DNA of 62,364 nt, counting the filler. It is 11 parts of 11 records of this genome, joined end to end, with 100 filler letters (N's around TTAATTAATTAA, not from the genome) between each part and the next. Parts side by side here need not be neighbours in the genome. Positions count along the whole stretch, not along the records: positions 33,736 to 41,878 come from SRR7504441_8113; positions 41,979 to 45,033 come from SRR7504441_8119; positions 45,134 to 51,757 come from SRR7504441_8124; 8 more parts are not named here. One strand, 5' to 3'. Shown here one piece after another: positions 35,034 to 46,424 of this stretch. The notes under the pieces were generated by a model. The model was not told where the DNA came from, ran no database searches, and saw only the letters and a program-made list of their open reading frames with translations. A program made the position numbers and the translations under genes. The number at the start of each line of letters is the position of its first letter. Position 1 is the stretch's first letter.

Positions 35034-36119
35034 CTATGCCCGCCACTCGCCCTTGAAATCGGCAGAATAATCAGGATCCCTGAACTGGGCTTCGTGGGCC
35101 TCCACCTTCTCCTCGTGCACCTGCCCCCGCTCGCTCCTTGCCACTCGACCCTCTAACACCTGCGCCCACGACTTGCTGCACTCCGCATTATGAGCCCTGG
35201 AGAGGGTGGCCACTTCATCCAGCTGGCTCGACGCCAGCGTGGATTCCTCGGCACCAACCTGATCCCCGGTCTACTCAGCCGCGACGGGTGCTCCAGACCT
35301 TGCGCAGAAACTTTGCCGGCACCCCGCCCCAGACCTCGTTTGCGGGCACTGTCACGCCCGGCGACACCAGCGAGCCGGGCTCGATCACGGCCCCAGCCTG
35401 CCACAGTCGCGCCTCACGCCGCTCTAGAGTGCGGGATCGCACCTCGATAGCACTGCCGTCCATTATGGTAGAGGATCCCCCGATGGTGACTCCATTCCCG
35501 ACTTTGCAGGCATGAATTATGGAGAGCGGCCCTGGATCGATCGACTCACACCACCGGGCGCTGAGCAAGCGCACCGATCCGGACGCCCTCCCCGATCGTG
35601 GTTGCCGCCGCCTTGCTTCCTATGCTGCCCGCCTCGCTCGCGACGTGCACAACACTGCGGTCTAGGATGTGCGAGTTGCTGCCCCCCCCGTCAGTCGACA
35701 GCCCAGCGGGTCAGACCCACCTGCCGACTGTGATGCTGTTCACGTCGCCACGCAGCACAGAGCCGTACCACACCGAAGATCCAGCCCCGAGCGAGACTTG
35801 GCCGATGACGCTGGCGCTAGGCGCCTGCCAGCCAAGGCTGCTCAGCCCCAAGCCCAGGGCTGAGGCACCACGAAGACGTCGGTGCCGAGCGCAGGAGTGT
35901 GCGACCCGAACGATTTCACCGCGCGGTGGGCCCCCACTGCACCACCCGGTCGATGCGCGCCGGCCGGCGGGGCTCACTGGTCTCGGTGAAGGCAAGGTCG
36001 CCCTGCAAGCTCCTCCCGATACCGTCGAAGGCATGACCGAGCCGCCGGAGTATGTGCGCGGCCGCCTGCGCCCACCGCTTCAGCGCGCCGGCCCTCGGCC
36101 AGACTACCTTGGAGGCCAT
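35034..36119 (-). CDS. Mitochondrial complex I gamma-carbonic-anhydrase-type subunit, multi-intron
   Basis: N-terminus [18 protein letters not shown] like plant/protist gamma-CA; hexapeptide repeats [51 protein letters not shown]. Confidence 0.88.
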
Positions 36120-36205
36120 CTTGTCACTCGAGCTCTGAGTGCCGATCGGGCTTGCCGTCAACGACTTTCTGCCGGCTGAGCTCATCAGTGAGGCACTAGG
36201 TAGGG

Positions 36206-37557
36206 ATGTCGGGGAACATGCTGGAGCTGGCCAGAATCCTGCAGAAGTGGGAGGAGCCGAGCCCGACAGAGCAAGACCAGCTGGCCGGGCTGGTGCAGCT
36301 AGCCCGCCGGCCCGAGACCACCCGAGCCCAGCTGGTGGCCGCGATCGAGCAGGCGGCCTCCGACTCGGGCGCGCGCGACCAGCAGGCCGCCGCAATGATC
36401 CGGGACAACCCTCGGTACGGCGAGTTCGAGACAGCACCCGAGGTGCTCGCCCTGCTCGGGCAGATCGGCCGCGGAGATTTCTCGGCGGTCCCGCCCCGGT
36501 GCGCCCTGACCGGTCGGGCTGGGCTGAGCGGGGGGCAGCTGCCTGGACAGCCGGTTCTGGCAGAGCTTTGCCGGCCCGCCGACTGAGCTGGCTGGTCCGA
36601 GCTGGACCGACCAGGAGTGGGCGGCGGCGCACAGTGCGCTGCGGGCGGATGGGCACTTCAGCGTGCCGGGGGGGGAAGCGCTGGCTGGGCGGGTGCACCA
36701 GGCGATGGAGCGGCTGCGGGAAGCCGAGATCCGGCCGGGGATGGTCTGGATGCTGGACGAGCCTTGGTGGCTGCTGCTGGAGGCCTGGCCGGGGCTGGAG
36801 GCTGTGATGGGCGGCGAGATCACGCTCGAACCCTCTGTGACCGCTTTCAGGCTGGAGCCTGCCAGGCGGATGTGCACCGGAGGGTACGTGGGGTGCAACT
36901 TCGGGCTACCACACCGGGACTTTACGCACGCCGAGAGCGTGGACCAGCAGACCGGCCAGTGAGTGGCTGACGCTGGCCCGGCTCAGTTGGGGGCAGACCA
37001 AACATCCTGATTGTGTGGATTGCACTGAATCAGGTCACACTGCAGAATGGTTGCATAGCCGTGGTCCCCAGCCAGTTTGACGCCGAGTTCAGCCCCACAA
37101 GCTGCTCGGGCCAGGAGCACATGAACCCCGCAAAGCAGAATGCAGAGCACAACAGCACCACGGTAACTGCAGATAAATCAGCGCTCATTTGCCGGCAGGT
37201 GCGTTTCCCTCTGGCGGCAGTGCGACAACTACCTGCTCCAGCCGGCTCGGTGCTCGGATGGTATGGCTGCAGCATACATTGGGGCACCGCTTGTGCGCAT
37301 GGCTGTGACCAACCAAGGGCTAGTCTAGGCTGTGTCGTGAGACGGCGAGGGGCCGCAATCGATGAGGCTCAAAGAGGCCTGGAACCACTCAGCCGAGACG
37401 AGGTGATGAGTTGGTAGCAATATGGGCTGAGGGAGGGTGCCAGGTTGAGCAAATAGGCTTGGATCGACGATTACAAATGGTGAGCAACTCCGTGAAGTTA
37501 TACCAGTGTTGGTATCCTGTCAATCAAGCGACGGATTTGAAGCCACTGATAGATTAG
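36206..37557 (+). CDS. PhyH-like 2-oxoglutarate/Fe(II) dioxygenase, multi-intron
   Basis: PHRDF (HxD), VWIALNQVTLQNGCIAVVP, PAGSVLGW..SIHWG. Confidence 0.78.
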
Positions 37558-37917
37558 AATCCTAGACCTATGATATTTAGAGCCTAGCCTGACGAAGTTG
37601 TACGATTCATGTTAATTTCATGAAAATTTCAACAATATTTCATGCACGGTGGTACGTACTGCGTAGTACGCTGGCTTGCCCAGGCTTGCCACGAGTTCGC
37701 GACTTTAGGAGCATGGCGGCTGTGTACTGAGATGCAGAGTGGACGACCACTGATTAATCGACCACTGCTCACGGGCTAGGAGTTGAGTCAAGAATCAGGA
37801 GACACGCAGCTAGGGAGGCTCACACTACGTACAGCAATTGCCTCCAAGCATCAACGCAATTACACCAGTACTGCACGTGGTACTGCTCATACGAGAAGAG
37901 GAATGTAGGCATGCTGA

Positions 37918-38786
37918 TTAGTAGAGCTGGCTGGAAAGCCCATCAAAGTCAACGTGCGAAACTCGGGGGGCGCTGAAGAGTTTTGATCTGGCCGAGAACT
38001 CGCTCGGCATTTCTGGTTCCAACTGAAACTGGTTGAACACCTGCTCACAGAAACTGGTACTGCATTAGCAAGGGTGCTACGTTCAGCACAGGTGCGTGTA
38101 CGGGTCTCGAAAATTCAGAGCCTTGCAGCAAATCCATCAGCTCATCAGGCTCGCTCGGCTCACAGACGGCCTGGTGGGCAGAAACTCAGGAGACCGCCCA
38201 CGCATACAAATAACCTTCGTAGCAACCTTCAACTGTTCGGGACAGTAATCGAAGTCGCCTGTAAGCAGTGCGTTCATGAGAGCGTCATCGTGCTCAGGCG
38301 CATCGTCGGGAACGGCTCCCAGTCCAGGCGCGAGGTCGCCCCCGGTGAGCAGAGCGGTAGGGCAGAGCGCAGGAGCAACTGGTGCTGGCTGCCGGATCGA
38401 GTTCGAAGCCGCAGGATGCACATCAGCCGCAGGAGGCAACTCCTCGTCGGGCGGTTTCGGATCGATTTGCCATGCTCGAGGACGACGAGTCAGATTACGC
38501 AGGTCGTCGAAGCCTGGGCAGGAAAGTGGTGCAGGCCCAGTGCAGGTGGCTACCTGAAGCTCTTCGGCTGCCTGCTCGCCCATCCTCAGCGGGCTGCAGG
38601 AGAGGGGCCGCACCTGGATTTCTGCGCTGGGCGGTCTTGAGCTGCTTGTTAGGGCCGTCGGGCGGGCCTGGCGCACGCACATCATCATCCGCCACTACCG
38701 TGCGGATCGCTGCCTGGGAACTTATGCTTGGCGAAAGGCGTGCTCTGCTTCGCCCGGTGCTGGCGAGATCCTCCCACCCAGTTCAT
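37918..38786 (-). CDS. Hypothetical protein beginning MNWVGGSR; exon structure unresolved
   Basis: ATG at 38786 divergent from the next gene; internal open frame 38137-38688; last exon ends ..DFDGLSSQLY* at 37918. Confidence 0.4.
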
Positions 38787-38866
38787 GCTCCTTCTTGCAG
38801 CACGGTGGAAACGCCGTGCTTCGCGGCACCGTGTGCAAGTTGAGAAAAAAAAAGCAGGGGCCGGTG

Positions 38867-39570
38867 ATGCGCCCGAGGGGCGTCGTCGCGGCGGCCTGGC
38901 TCTGCTACCTAGCTGCTGCGGTCCAGCTGCCTCCGCAGGCGCTCGGGATCCAGTGTGTGCAGTACCAGGTGAGCCAAGATCCGGTCGAGACTGACTCCGC
39001 CGCTCGCCAGGGCACCGTGTGCGCAGGTGTGGTGGACTACGACTATTTTGTGGCTTCCGGCCGGACGGCTGACGCTGCGGAATCAGCTGTCAAGGAGGCT
39101 CTCGCGCAATACGAGGCAAGTGCCCTGCTGCCAGATCACCTTTCATCCACGGGGCGCAGGGCAAGATCTACGAGTGTCGGATGGCTGCGAGGAGGCGCAG
39201 GGATGCCTGCCAAAGGCTCTGACCCCGGCAAACAGGTATCACTGCGCAGCAAATTTCCCGAAATGTCGTACAGTCCAGCTCAACGGTGCACACTTGCGGG
39301 TCATGGCTGCGACCCGTGCTCAGGCAACTTGAAATTGCAACCTGGCGTGGTTCCAACGTTCCCAACTCTGCCTTGCAAGCGGATCTGCAACCGGTCGGTA
39401 TGCCGTGGATTCCTCGTGAGAATGGGATCTGCAGGTTTGAGAAGGCATGTCGTACCAAGCAAGAGGTGCCTGTTTGTGCTATTGTGCTTTGAGTGAGACT
39501 GTCACAGAGCTGTGGCTTCCTAAGTGATGACAAATGCAACGATCTCCCTAGCAATCAAGTTGAATTGTGA
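38867..39570 (+). CDS. Small secreted Cys-rich protein resembling a Frizzled-type CRD, multi-intron
   Basis: Signal peptide MRPRGVVAAAWLCYLAAAV; GTVCAGVVDY, RYHCAANFPKC, TLPCKRICN, EKAC follow Fz-CRD cysteine spacing. Confidence 0.5.
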
Positions 39571-40379
39571 TGTGAATGCGATCATATGTCTAGATTTGAG
39601 TGAGCTCGGAAAATAGCAGCAGGCATCTCGATACGTCAGTTTTAATACAACTCGTGTTCCTATCCAACGTTCAATCAACCATGATTGATCAACAATGGAT
39701 CCGAGTACTTACGAGTACATGTATACGTATACGCACGTGTCTGTCCATTATGCTAAATGCTACTTTCTTCCGGGGTCTCGTCCAACTAAGCGCTGGTGCC
39801 ATTAGCAGTGTCCCCAATGTTGTTCTCTATTGGTGCAGCTGGCGGCACCTCCAATTCACCCGGTTTGGCTATTCCCGCCGGAGCAATTGATTCGATGCCG
39901 CCGTTGACATCCTCCTGTTGATCCCTAAAATGATCCCTCAATGGCGCTAGAGGTGTGGCAGTTGGTGCGGCCATCAGAGGCTGACGATACGCAGGTAAAG
40001 ATGTCAAGGAACGACTCTGAACCATACTTAGGGTCATCGCTGCGTGCTGGAAGCCCGGCGTGAGCCTATTGTGCGGATTTCGGATCCCCACCATGTGCGT
40101 GAATGCCGGAGAAGCCAGCATCATCTGATCACATCACCAAACCCAAATCAAGATATGCATTGCGGCCGGCCTGTCACCTGCTCGACTGCCTCCTGGCTGC
40201 TCGCCGCTAGGTGGTACGCTCACATGCCAACATGCACCGAATCTGGTCAGTCTGTGCCTCCCATTGAGTTGTTGGCTGATCCAATCTACAGGTGGGATCG
40301 GAGCGCATAGTCGCGCCCTCGGAGCTTTCGCAAGACCGCCTTGGAGTCAAAGCTGAAACGTGCCGGGGTTTAAAAACTG

Positions 40380-41450
40380 ACCAACCTCAAGAGAATAGTT
40401 TCCTGAGATCATAGTTGTCTGGTTGGGTGTGCTCAAAATTCCAGCAACGCTGCAGTTCTTTGAGTTTAGCATCGCTGACTTCCACCAATACTTAAATTTC
40501 CTCGCATAGAAGTAGATCCAGTTACGGGTGCAATAGAAATCAAATCATTCTCCCGGTCTCGAATTGTAAGTTGGGCATCAAACTGGAGTGCATCTGCTAC
40601 ATCAAATCCACCATTCTGGGACTCAACCAAGTTTACCAAGGCTGATTTCCTGGCCGAGGACACAATATTGAGATTGGTAGCTCCTGACTGACTGTGACTG
40701 GTTAGATCAAGCGAGGCATCACCATCTGCAGATGTAACAACCATTGATCGTGGGCCAATGCTTTCATTGTTTCCAACAGCAACAACCATGCCTTGCAAGT
40801 GCAAACTGTGCCGCAAATGACAGTACCAGGCCTAATGACCGTGTGCTTTGCAACGCTTGAATCTTCAGAAAAGGCGTCGGGCTTTACCGCGTTGGGCATT
40901 TATTTCAGGCAGAGAAGCAGTGGATTGACCTTCTCACGATTTGCTCCCAGCGAGACAAATATATCTGTTCGCCTTACTGGAACATGGCCTAGATCTCACC
41001 ATTTTGTTCTTGAACGCTGAAAGAAGGCGAGTATTGCCTCCAATCATGACATCGCCTCCAATCATGACATCGCCACGGATTGTTGTGTTGGATGTCATGA
41101 TTGGAGGCAATGGGACATCAGGTCCCAGAGAAGCAACTGTTCGATCCACTGACGACCATGCGTCGCTATCTGTAGTTGCCGGTGAATTTCGCTGGAAATT
41201 GGTGCTGAATGTCAGCCCGCTTCTCCCGACAATGGTGGCTGCGGCTCGACAGGCCAATGTAGTCGAACGCGACTTTTCTCAATTGACCCTTCAAATGGAA
41301 CTACCACTATTGGAGGAGCCCTCTCCCTAGGGCATGGGAAAGAAAATACGTGATGACAATTGGAGGTAGCACCTCAAAAGTCGGGCTCAATGGAAATGTT
41401 TCCGTTGGTGGCAGCACAGGACCTCAGCAAATGTCCATCAGTATCGTCGA
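40380..41450. pseudogene. Scrambled fragments of a beta-rich repeat protein on both strands
   Basis: The same unit (IGG/VGN..GPR..V.S.D..ASL) occurs on - (VAVGNNESIGPRSMVVTSADGDASL; GNLSIGG) and + (VMIGGNGTSGPREATVRSTDDHASL; GNVSVGGSTGPQQM), with stops and strand switches. Confidence 0.5.
41033..41111. repeat. 21-bp perfect inverted repeat plus 18-bp tandem duplication
   Basis: attgcctccaatcatgacatc (41033-41053) and gatgtcatgattggaggcaat (41091-41111); gcctccaatcatgacatc is repeated at 41036-41053 and 41054-41071. Confidence 0.9.
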
Positions 41451-41830
41451 TTACCGGGCGTACCTGTGGCTAGGATCGCACAGCGTTCCTCCCCAGGGCG
41501 GTCTGCCCTTGCAGCACATGCAGATCAGCGCGGCATTCTTCACCTGCTGCCTCTCCTCCCGCTCCACATGCGAGTGCACCCATTCCACCGTCGTAGCCTC
41601 CCCTCCATCACCCAGGCCCTGCCCACGGATGGCACTCCTGTGCCGCAACAGCGCCCAAATCCTGGTCCAGAGGCGCCTCGAAGGAGAGTCCAAGACGTCA
41701 GCCACCACCCTCTCACTCCACAGCTCAGACTCCCGGCACGCCTCCACCACTGCCAGGTTATCAGACCCTATCCGCAGCGTATCCGTAGGGTGAACTCTGA
41801 GCAGCGCCTCCAGCACCGCGTAAAGACAGC
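41451..41830 (-). mobile_element. RNase H-like fragment, probably a retrotransposon remnant
   Basis: EALLRVHPTDTLRIGSDNLAVV..LWTRIWALLRHR..VEWVHSHV follows the RNase HI pattern (I.SD, W, WV.(S/G)H); no reverse transcriptase visible in the window. Confidence 0.6.
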
Positions 41831-41878
41831 TGACTAAATAACTACAAGTAAAATAAGTGACTTGCTCCAAGAAAGTTC

Positions 41879-41978
41879 NNNNNNNNNNNNNNNNNNNNNN
41901 NNNNNNNNNNNNNNNNNNNNNNTTAATTAATTAANNNNNNNNNNNNNNNNNNNNNNNNNNNNNNNNNNNNNNNNNNNN
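41879..41978. other. Artificial contig spacer
   Basis: 44 N + TTAATTAATTAA + 44 N. Confidence 0.98.
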
Positions 41979-42265
41979 TCGCGGCTCGCATTAACGCTTC
42001 GAATTATCGAATTGCATGTAGCCGCTTCCTTAAAATTAACGCTTCCAATTACATGCGTCTGCTAAGGGAAAATTTGGTCATTATAGTGATATAGCTGCAG
42101 CATGAAGTTTCATTCATTGTCTATAGAGGCGTATACATGTAAGCGTACGGTGTAGTCGGCGTACGACTGACAGTTTTGGCTCTAAACTACAAACGCTTGG
42201 AGATACTTCTTATTCAAATCCCTCGCAGATGCGCATAACGAGCACCTGTCGAATGTTCCGCGGCA

Positions 42266-43050
42266 TCAGTAGAGACCAAGGTAGTCCTCAGCTATTGTCC
42301 CGATCGCTTGCTGCCAACCGCCAGTCAGCGTGTACCAAATACAATTCAGGAGTTACCATCTCGGACACTTCGATCCGCATCCCAATCAGCTTGATGCGCA
42401 CCTGCGTCCAGCCCGGTCAACAGCGGCACCTCGGGCACTGGGGCACGCACATCCACGTTCTCTGTGATCTTGGCGGACGGGTCGTCCTTGTGAACGTAAG
42501 CAGGCGGCCCACCAGTGACTGTGTCCAACTCATACTCGGGAGGAATTTGCTGCGGCCCCAGTCGGGCCTGCCGGCGGGCGGGGCGGGCACGTGTTTGGAG
42601 ACAAACACCTGCAGAGGGCCCACCGTGACGAAAAACCCAAACTGGCCGGCAGGGTGAGGCAGGGCCAGCGGAGGGGGGAGGCCTGCTCAACTTGCTTCAC
42701 CACCCCGTCCACCACCTCGTTCTTGATCGGCCGGAACACCAGCGCCTGGTACTCGACCGGGAACGATACCGGCGCGATCCCGTCCCGGATCTTGCCCTTG
42801 TCCACCTCGTGAACCTGCCCAGACCCTCCGCCGGCCGGCCCGCCCGCCCGCCACACCTTTGTGACGAGCACCACGTAGCCGTAGTCGCCCATGAACGAGC
42901 CCTCCTTCTGCTTGATCAGCCTGGCCCGACCGAGTCGGCCCAATGCCCCCCGGGCCGAGCGCACGTCTGGATGAGCTTGTCGCGGTACTTTTTGTGAAAG
43001 TGCTGGGGCTGGAGCTCGATGTTCGCCCTGAGCTGGACCAGGAAGAACAT
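42266..43050 (-). CDS. RPB7: RNA polymerase II subunit RPB7, 6 introns
   Basis: Spliced MFFLVQLRANIELQPQHF..KEGSFMGDYGYVVLV..FPVEYQALVFRPIKNEVVDGVV..FGFFVTVGPLQVFVSKH|QIP..VRIKLIGMR..AIGTIAEDYLGLY*. Confidence 0.93.
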
Positions 43051-43236
43051 GGCCTCCGGTGCTCCGCCGGATCAGTGCCCGCCGCTCGCCGGTTCAGACC
43101 TCCACCCGGGGCACAGGCCGATAGCCCACTGAGCACCGCCTCGTCACCTCGTGGCCCGCCCGGCGATCACTGCAACAACAACGGAATTTTTTGATGGTGC
43201 AGCAAAACCTCCCCGGGGACTAGCCACTCCGAGGGC

Positions 43237-44598
43237 ATGAGAACTTGTGCCGGACTTTGTGCGCCGCGCCTGCGACTAGGCACTGTGCTGATGTGCGCCA
43301 CTGCTCTCGTGAAGGCTCGCGTTCTCTACTATGGCGGGGTTCCAGATGACCCGGCCTCCGCTCACAGCAACACTGCAGACCTCAACACCGGCCTCGCCGC
43401 GCTGCTCCCTGGGGACACGTTGGCGATTGCCAATCGTACCTTTTGGCTGGTTGGGGGGGTGCAGGCGGCCGGTCTTGTGAACGTGACGCTCCAGCTGGAC
43501 GGCACGCTGAAGTTCCTGCCGGGTCGGAAGGGATGGCCCGTCGAACCAATCAGTCACAACCGAACCGGCGTGAAGAAAGCCATCCAGATCCAGAATGCCA
43601 CACGACTCACTTTGACATCCAGCGGCGCAGGCACGGTGGACGGCAGCGGCGAGTCGTGGTGGGGCTATCTCAACTACCTGAGATACAAAGAGGACCGACC
43701 AAAGCTGCTCAGAATACAGAATGCCACGGACGTGCTAGTGGAGAACTGGCATTTTCGTCAGTCCGCTTACCACACTTTCCATGCTGATGATGTGGCTCGA
43801 TTGGAGATCCGGCGCTGCTCGATTGACAATCGCGTCAACGATGCAGATTCGCACAGCTTTGAAAACCTCGGTGCCTTCAACACTGACGGTTTCGATGTGC
43901 AAGGTCGTGACATATACATCCATGACTCCTCCGTCTGGAACCAGGACGACTGTTTCACTATTGTCCCAGCCAGTCGGGGAGCCATAAACTCGCAATGTAC
44001 AGAGAATGTGCTGGTCGAGGATGTTAACGCCAGCGGGCTCGGCCTGACGATCGGTGTGGTCGGCGCGAGCCATGACCACAACTGCGTCCGCAATGTCACC
44101 TTCAGGCGAGCAAATATGCACCACACTTTCAAAGGCATTTACATGAAGAGCAACCAGCAGCATGCAGGGGACCCCCTGGCCACGGCTGAGATTACAAACA
44201 TCCTATACGAGGACATAACCATGGACGAACCAGAGCAGTCGCCCATCTGGATTGGGCCAGCACAGGAGGCAGACTCGGCAGATGCGTGCTCGCTAGTGTG
44301 GCCAGAGGTGCCCTTTCAGAGATGTCCACCGCCCAATAAGATGGTAGCTTGGAACAATATCACGCTTCGCAACATCCTGGTTCGAGCAGCTAAAGTATCC
44401 CCGGGCATCGTCTATGGAAACTCGGAGCGGCCAATGCACGGCATCGTCTTCGACCGAGTGGTCTTTGATCCAGTGGACCCCGCCAAGCGGCCCTGGCGCA
44501 AGCAATTCTACTATTGTAAGGGTGTCGAAGGCATTGCCATGGGCGGTACAGCACCACTGCCTCCGTGTTTCAACAGCAGCCGTGTGCTGGTGGCATAG
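43237..44598 (+). CDS. Secreted GH28-family glycoside hydrolase (polygalacturonase-like), intronless
   Basis: Signal peptide; GTVDGSGESWW, RPKLL, FNTDGFDV, NQDDCF, CVRNVTF, ITNILYEDITM. Confidence 0.87.
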   Translation: MRTCAGLCAPRLRLGTVLMCATALVKARVLYYGGVPDDPASAHSNTADLNTGLAALLPGDTLAIANRTFWLVGGVQAAGLVNVTLQLDGTLKFLPGRKGWPVEPISHNRTGVKKAIQIQNATRLTLTSSGAGTVDGSGESWWGYLNYLRYKEDRPKLLRIQNATDVLVENWHFRQSAYHTFHADDVARLEIRRCSIDNRVNDADSHSFENLGAFNTDGFDVQGRDIYIHDSSVWNQDDCFTIVPASRGAINSQCTENVLVEDVNASGLGLTIGVVGASHDHNCVRNVTFRRANMHHTFKGIYMKSNQQHAGDPLATAEITNILYEDITMDEPEQSPIWIGPAQEADSADACSLVWPEVPFQRCPPPNKMVAWNNITLRNILVRAAKVSPGIVYGNSERPMHGIVFDRVVFDPVDPAKRPWRKQFYYCKGVEGIAMGGTAPLPPCFNSSRVLVA

Positions 44599-44886
44599 TA
44601 CTAGTGACTGTACTCAGTCTCTCGTGTGGATTGTTACTCGTACCGCAGCTGGTAGCCGTAGTAGCGAGTCATGCGGTCGATCATGATCAGCCTACGCTGG
44701 GTGTACATGTATATGATATGTAGAATTGCAATAATGTATACATTACAATCATGTATAAGATTCAATCTACTTACGAGTACTTACGAGTACTTAGGCACAT
44801 ATTGCGTACGTGGGCAGGCCTCTCTCCGATTCGACCTGCGCGGCCGTTGTACTTGGTAACGGTTTACAGTTGGGGCCGACGTCACA

Positions 44887-45033
44887 ATGGGAGCGTGTGC
44901 TTCAGCTGATCCGGATAGGAAGTCCGAGAAGGCGATGCAGGCCGACCTAAACCGGATCGCCCGAGATCGGATGCGGTCTGACATGGCGGGGTTCGACAAG
45001 CATGGAGCTTTCCGCGGGAACGCCGAGTGGGCG
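44887..45033 (+). CDS. 5' fragment of a protein with MGAC acylation motif
   Basis: MGACASADPDRKSEKAMQADLNRIARDR.. runs into the spacer. Confidence 0.4.
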
Positions 45034-45133
45034 NNNNNNNNNNNNNNNNNNNNNNNNNNNNNNNNNNNNNNNNNNNNTTAATTAATTAANNNNNNNNNNN
45101 NNNNNNNNNNNNNNNNNNNNNNNNNNNNNNNNN
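45034..45133. other. Artificial contig spacer
   Basis: 44 N + TTAATTAATTAA + 44 N. Confidence 0.98.
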
Positions 45134-46333
45134 GGCGGCACTTTCTGATGCAGCACTATCTTTCGGCGACAAGGGAGAGCTTTGACGCGGCGGGGTAGCT
45201 GCACGGATACCAGATAGATCGACTTTGGGCACGCTGACTGCAGGCGTGTGTGTGACCGCATTCGCAGCAGTGCTCACCTCGCGGACGTTGTGCTCCTCGC
45301 CGCCTTCCTGCGGCTCTTGATTATTCCACTCGCGCTGCAGAGCGAGGTCCAGCCGGCGGGCGCGGTGCTCGAGATCATCGACCTCGCGCTGTAGATCCCG
45401 CTGGCCTGTGCTACCCTCGGCAGTCGGCTCAGTGTTGTACAGCTCTGTCAGCGCCATGACCCGGGCGTCGTGCGGCATTGCGCCCAGAGCCGCTGCACGC
45501 CCCTCTGGCGACATCGTCGCCATGTACGCGGTGCGCTCCGAGGGCGGCAGCGCGAGCATCTGTTCGGCGCGGTACTTGATCACCGCCTTGAGAGCTTCCT
45601 CCCTCGACTCGGGGCTCATCTCCGCCAGGGCTGCCTCCCGCTCCTCCTGGGACATGCCGATCAGCGCTACTGCCACCTCCTCGGACGACATCTCTTGCGA
45701 CGAGGCTTGGGCCGCCGCCGGCTTAGCCTGCCCCTGGCTGGAAGCCCGCTTCGATTCGGCGGTCGCCCGGAGCCGGGTTTTCTCGATCTCGATCAGCTCC
45801 TGCGCCACCAATGACAGCCGGTCCTGCTTCTCCTCCCGGCTACGCCGGGGGGTCTCCCGGCCACTCGCCTGCTGGGGTGACACCTCCGGCTTCCGCGGCT
45901 CGGCCGGTCTCGGGGCGGCCGGGGCTTTGCGGGCGGGCGAGCTGTCGGGCAGGAGGGCGATCAGCGGCCCGACCGGCCGGCCCAAGTTGTGCTGGGCCAT
46001 CCTGCAACCGAAGCGCCACCAGCTCAGCTGCCACATGGCCACCGCGGCTAGCGCGCCCGGGAGCACCCAAGGCTGATGTGGCATCACTACGCCCGGCAGA
46101 CCAGCGGCCAGGACCCGGAGCGGTCTGCCTGGGCTCCCCCTGGGCGAACCGGGTGGAGGGATGTGCAGCCACGGACTGTGCGGGCGGCTCAGCGGCATTG
46201 GGGGCGGGCTCGGCCGTCGGGGCGAGCCGCCCCGCGGGCTTCGCGGTGGGCTGGGCGGCCGAAGGCGCAGCGGAGGCACCGGGCTGCGTGGGAGCATCGC
46301 CCCCGGCGGTGGAGTCGGGCTTCGGCCGAACAT
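45134..46333 (-). CDS. Pro-rich hypothetical protein with 12-aa MSxEER-type helical repeats, 3' truncated
   Basis: Units MSSEEVAVALIG, MSQEEREAALAE, MSPESREEAL, LPPSERTAYMAT, MSPEGRAAALGA, followed by a coiled coil. Confidence 0.55.
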
Positions 46334-46424
46334 CCCCTCGGCTTCGGCTCGATCGAGGCAAGATATCCCGCGTAACGCCAAGTGTGAAGTCCGTTGCCGG
46401 CCGGTTGTCACCGGGAAGTCGAGA

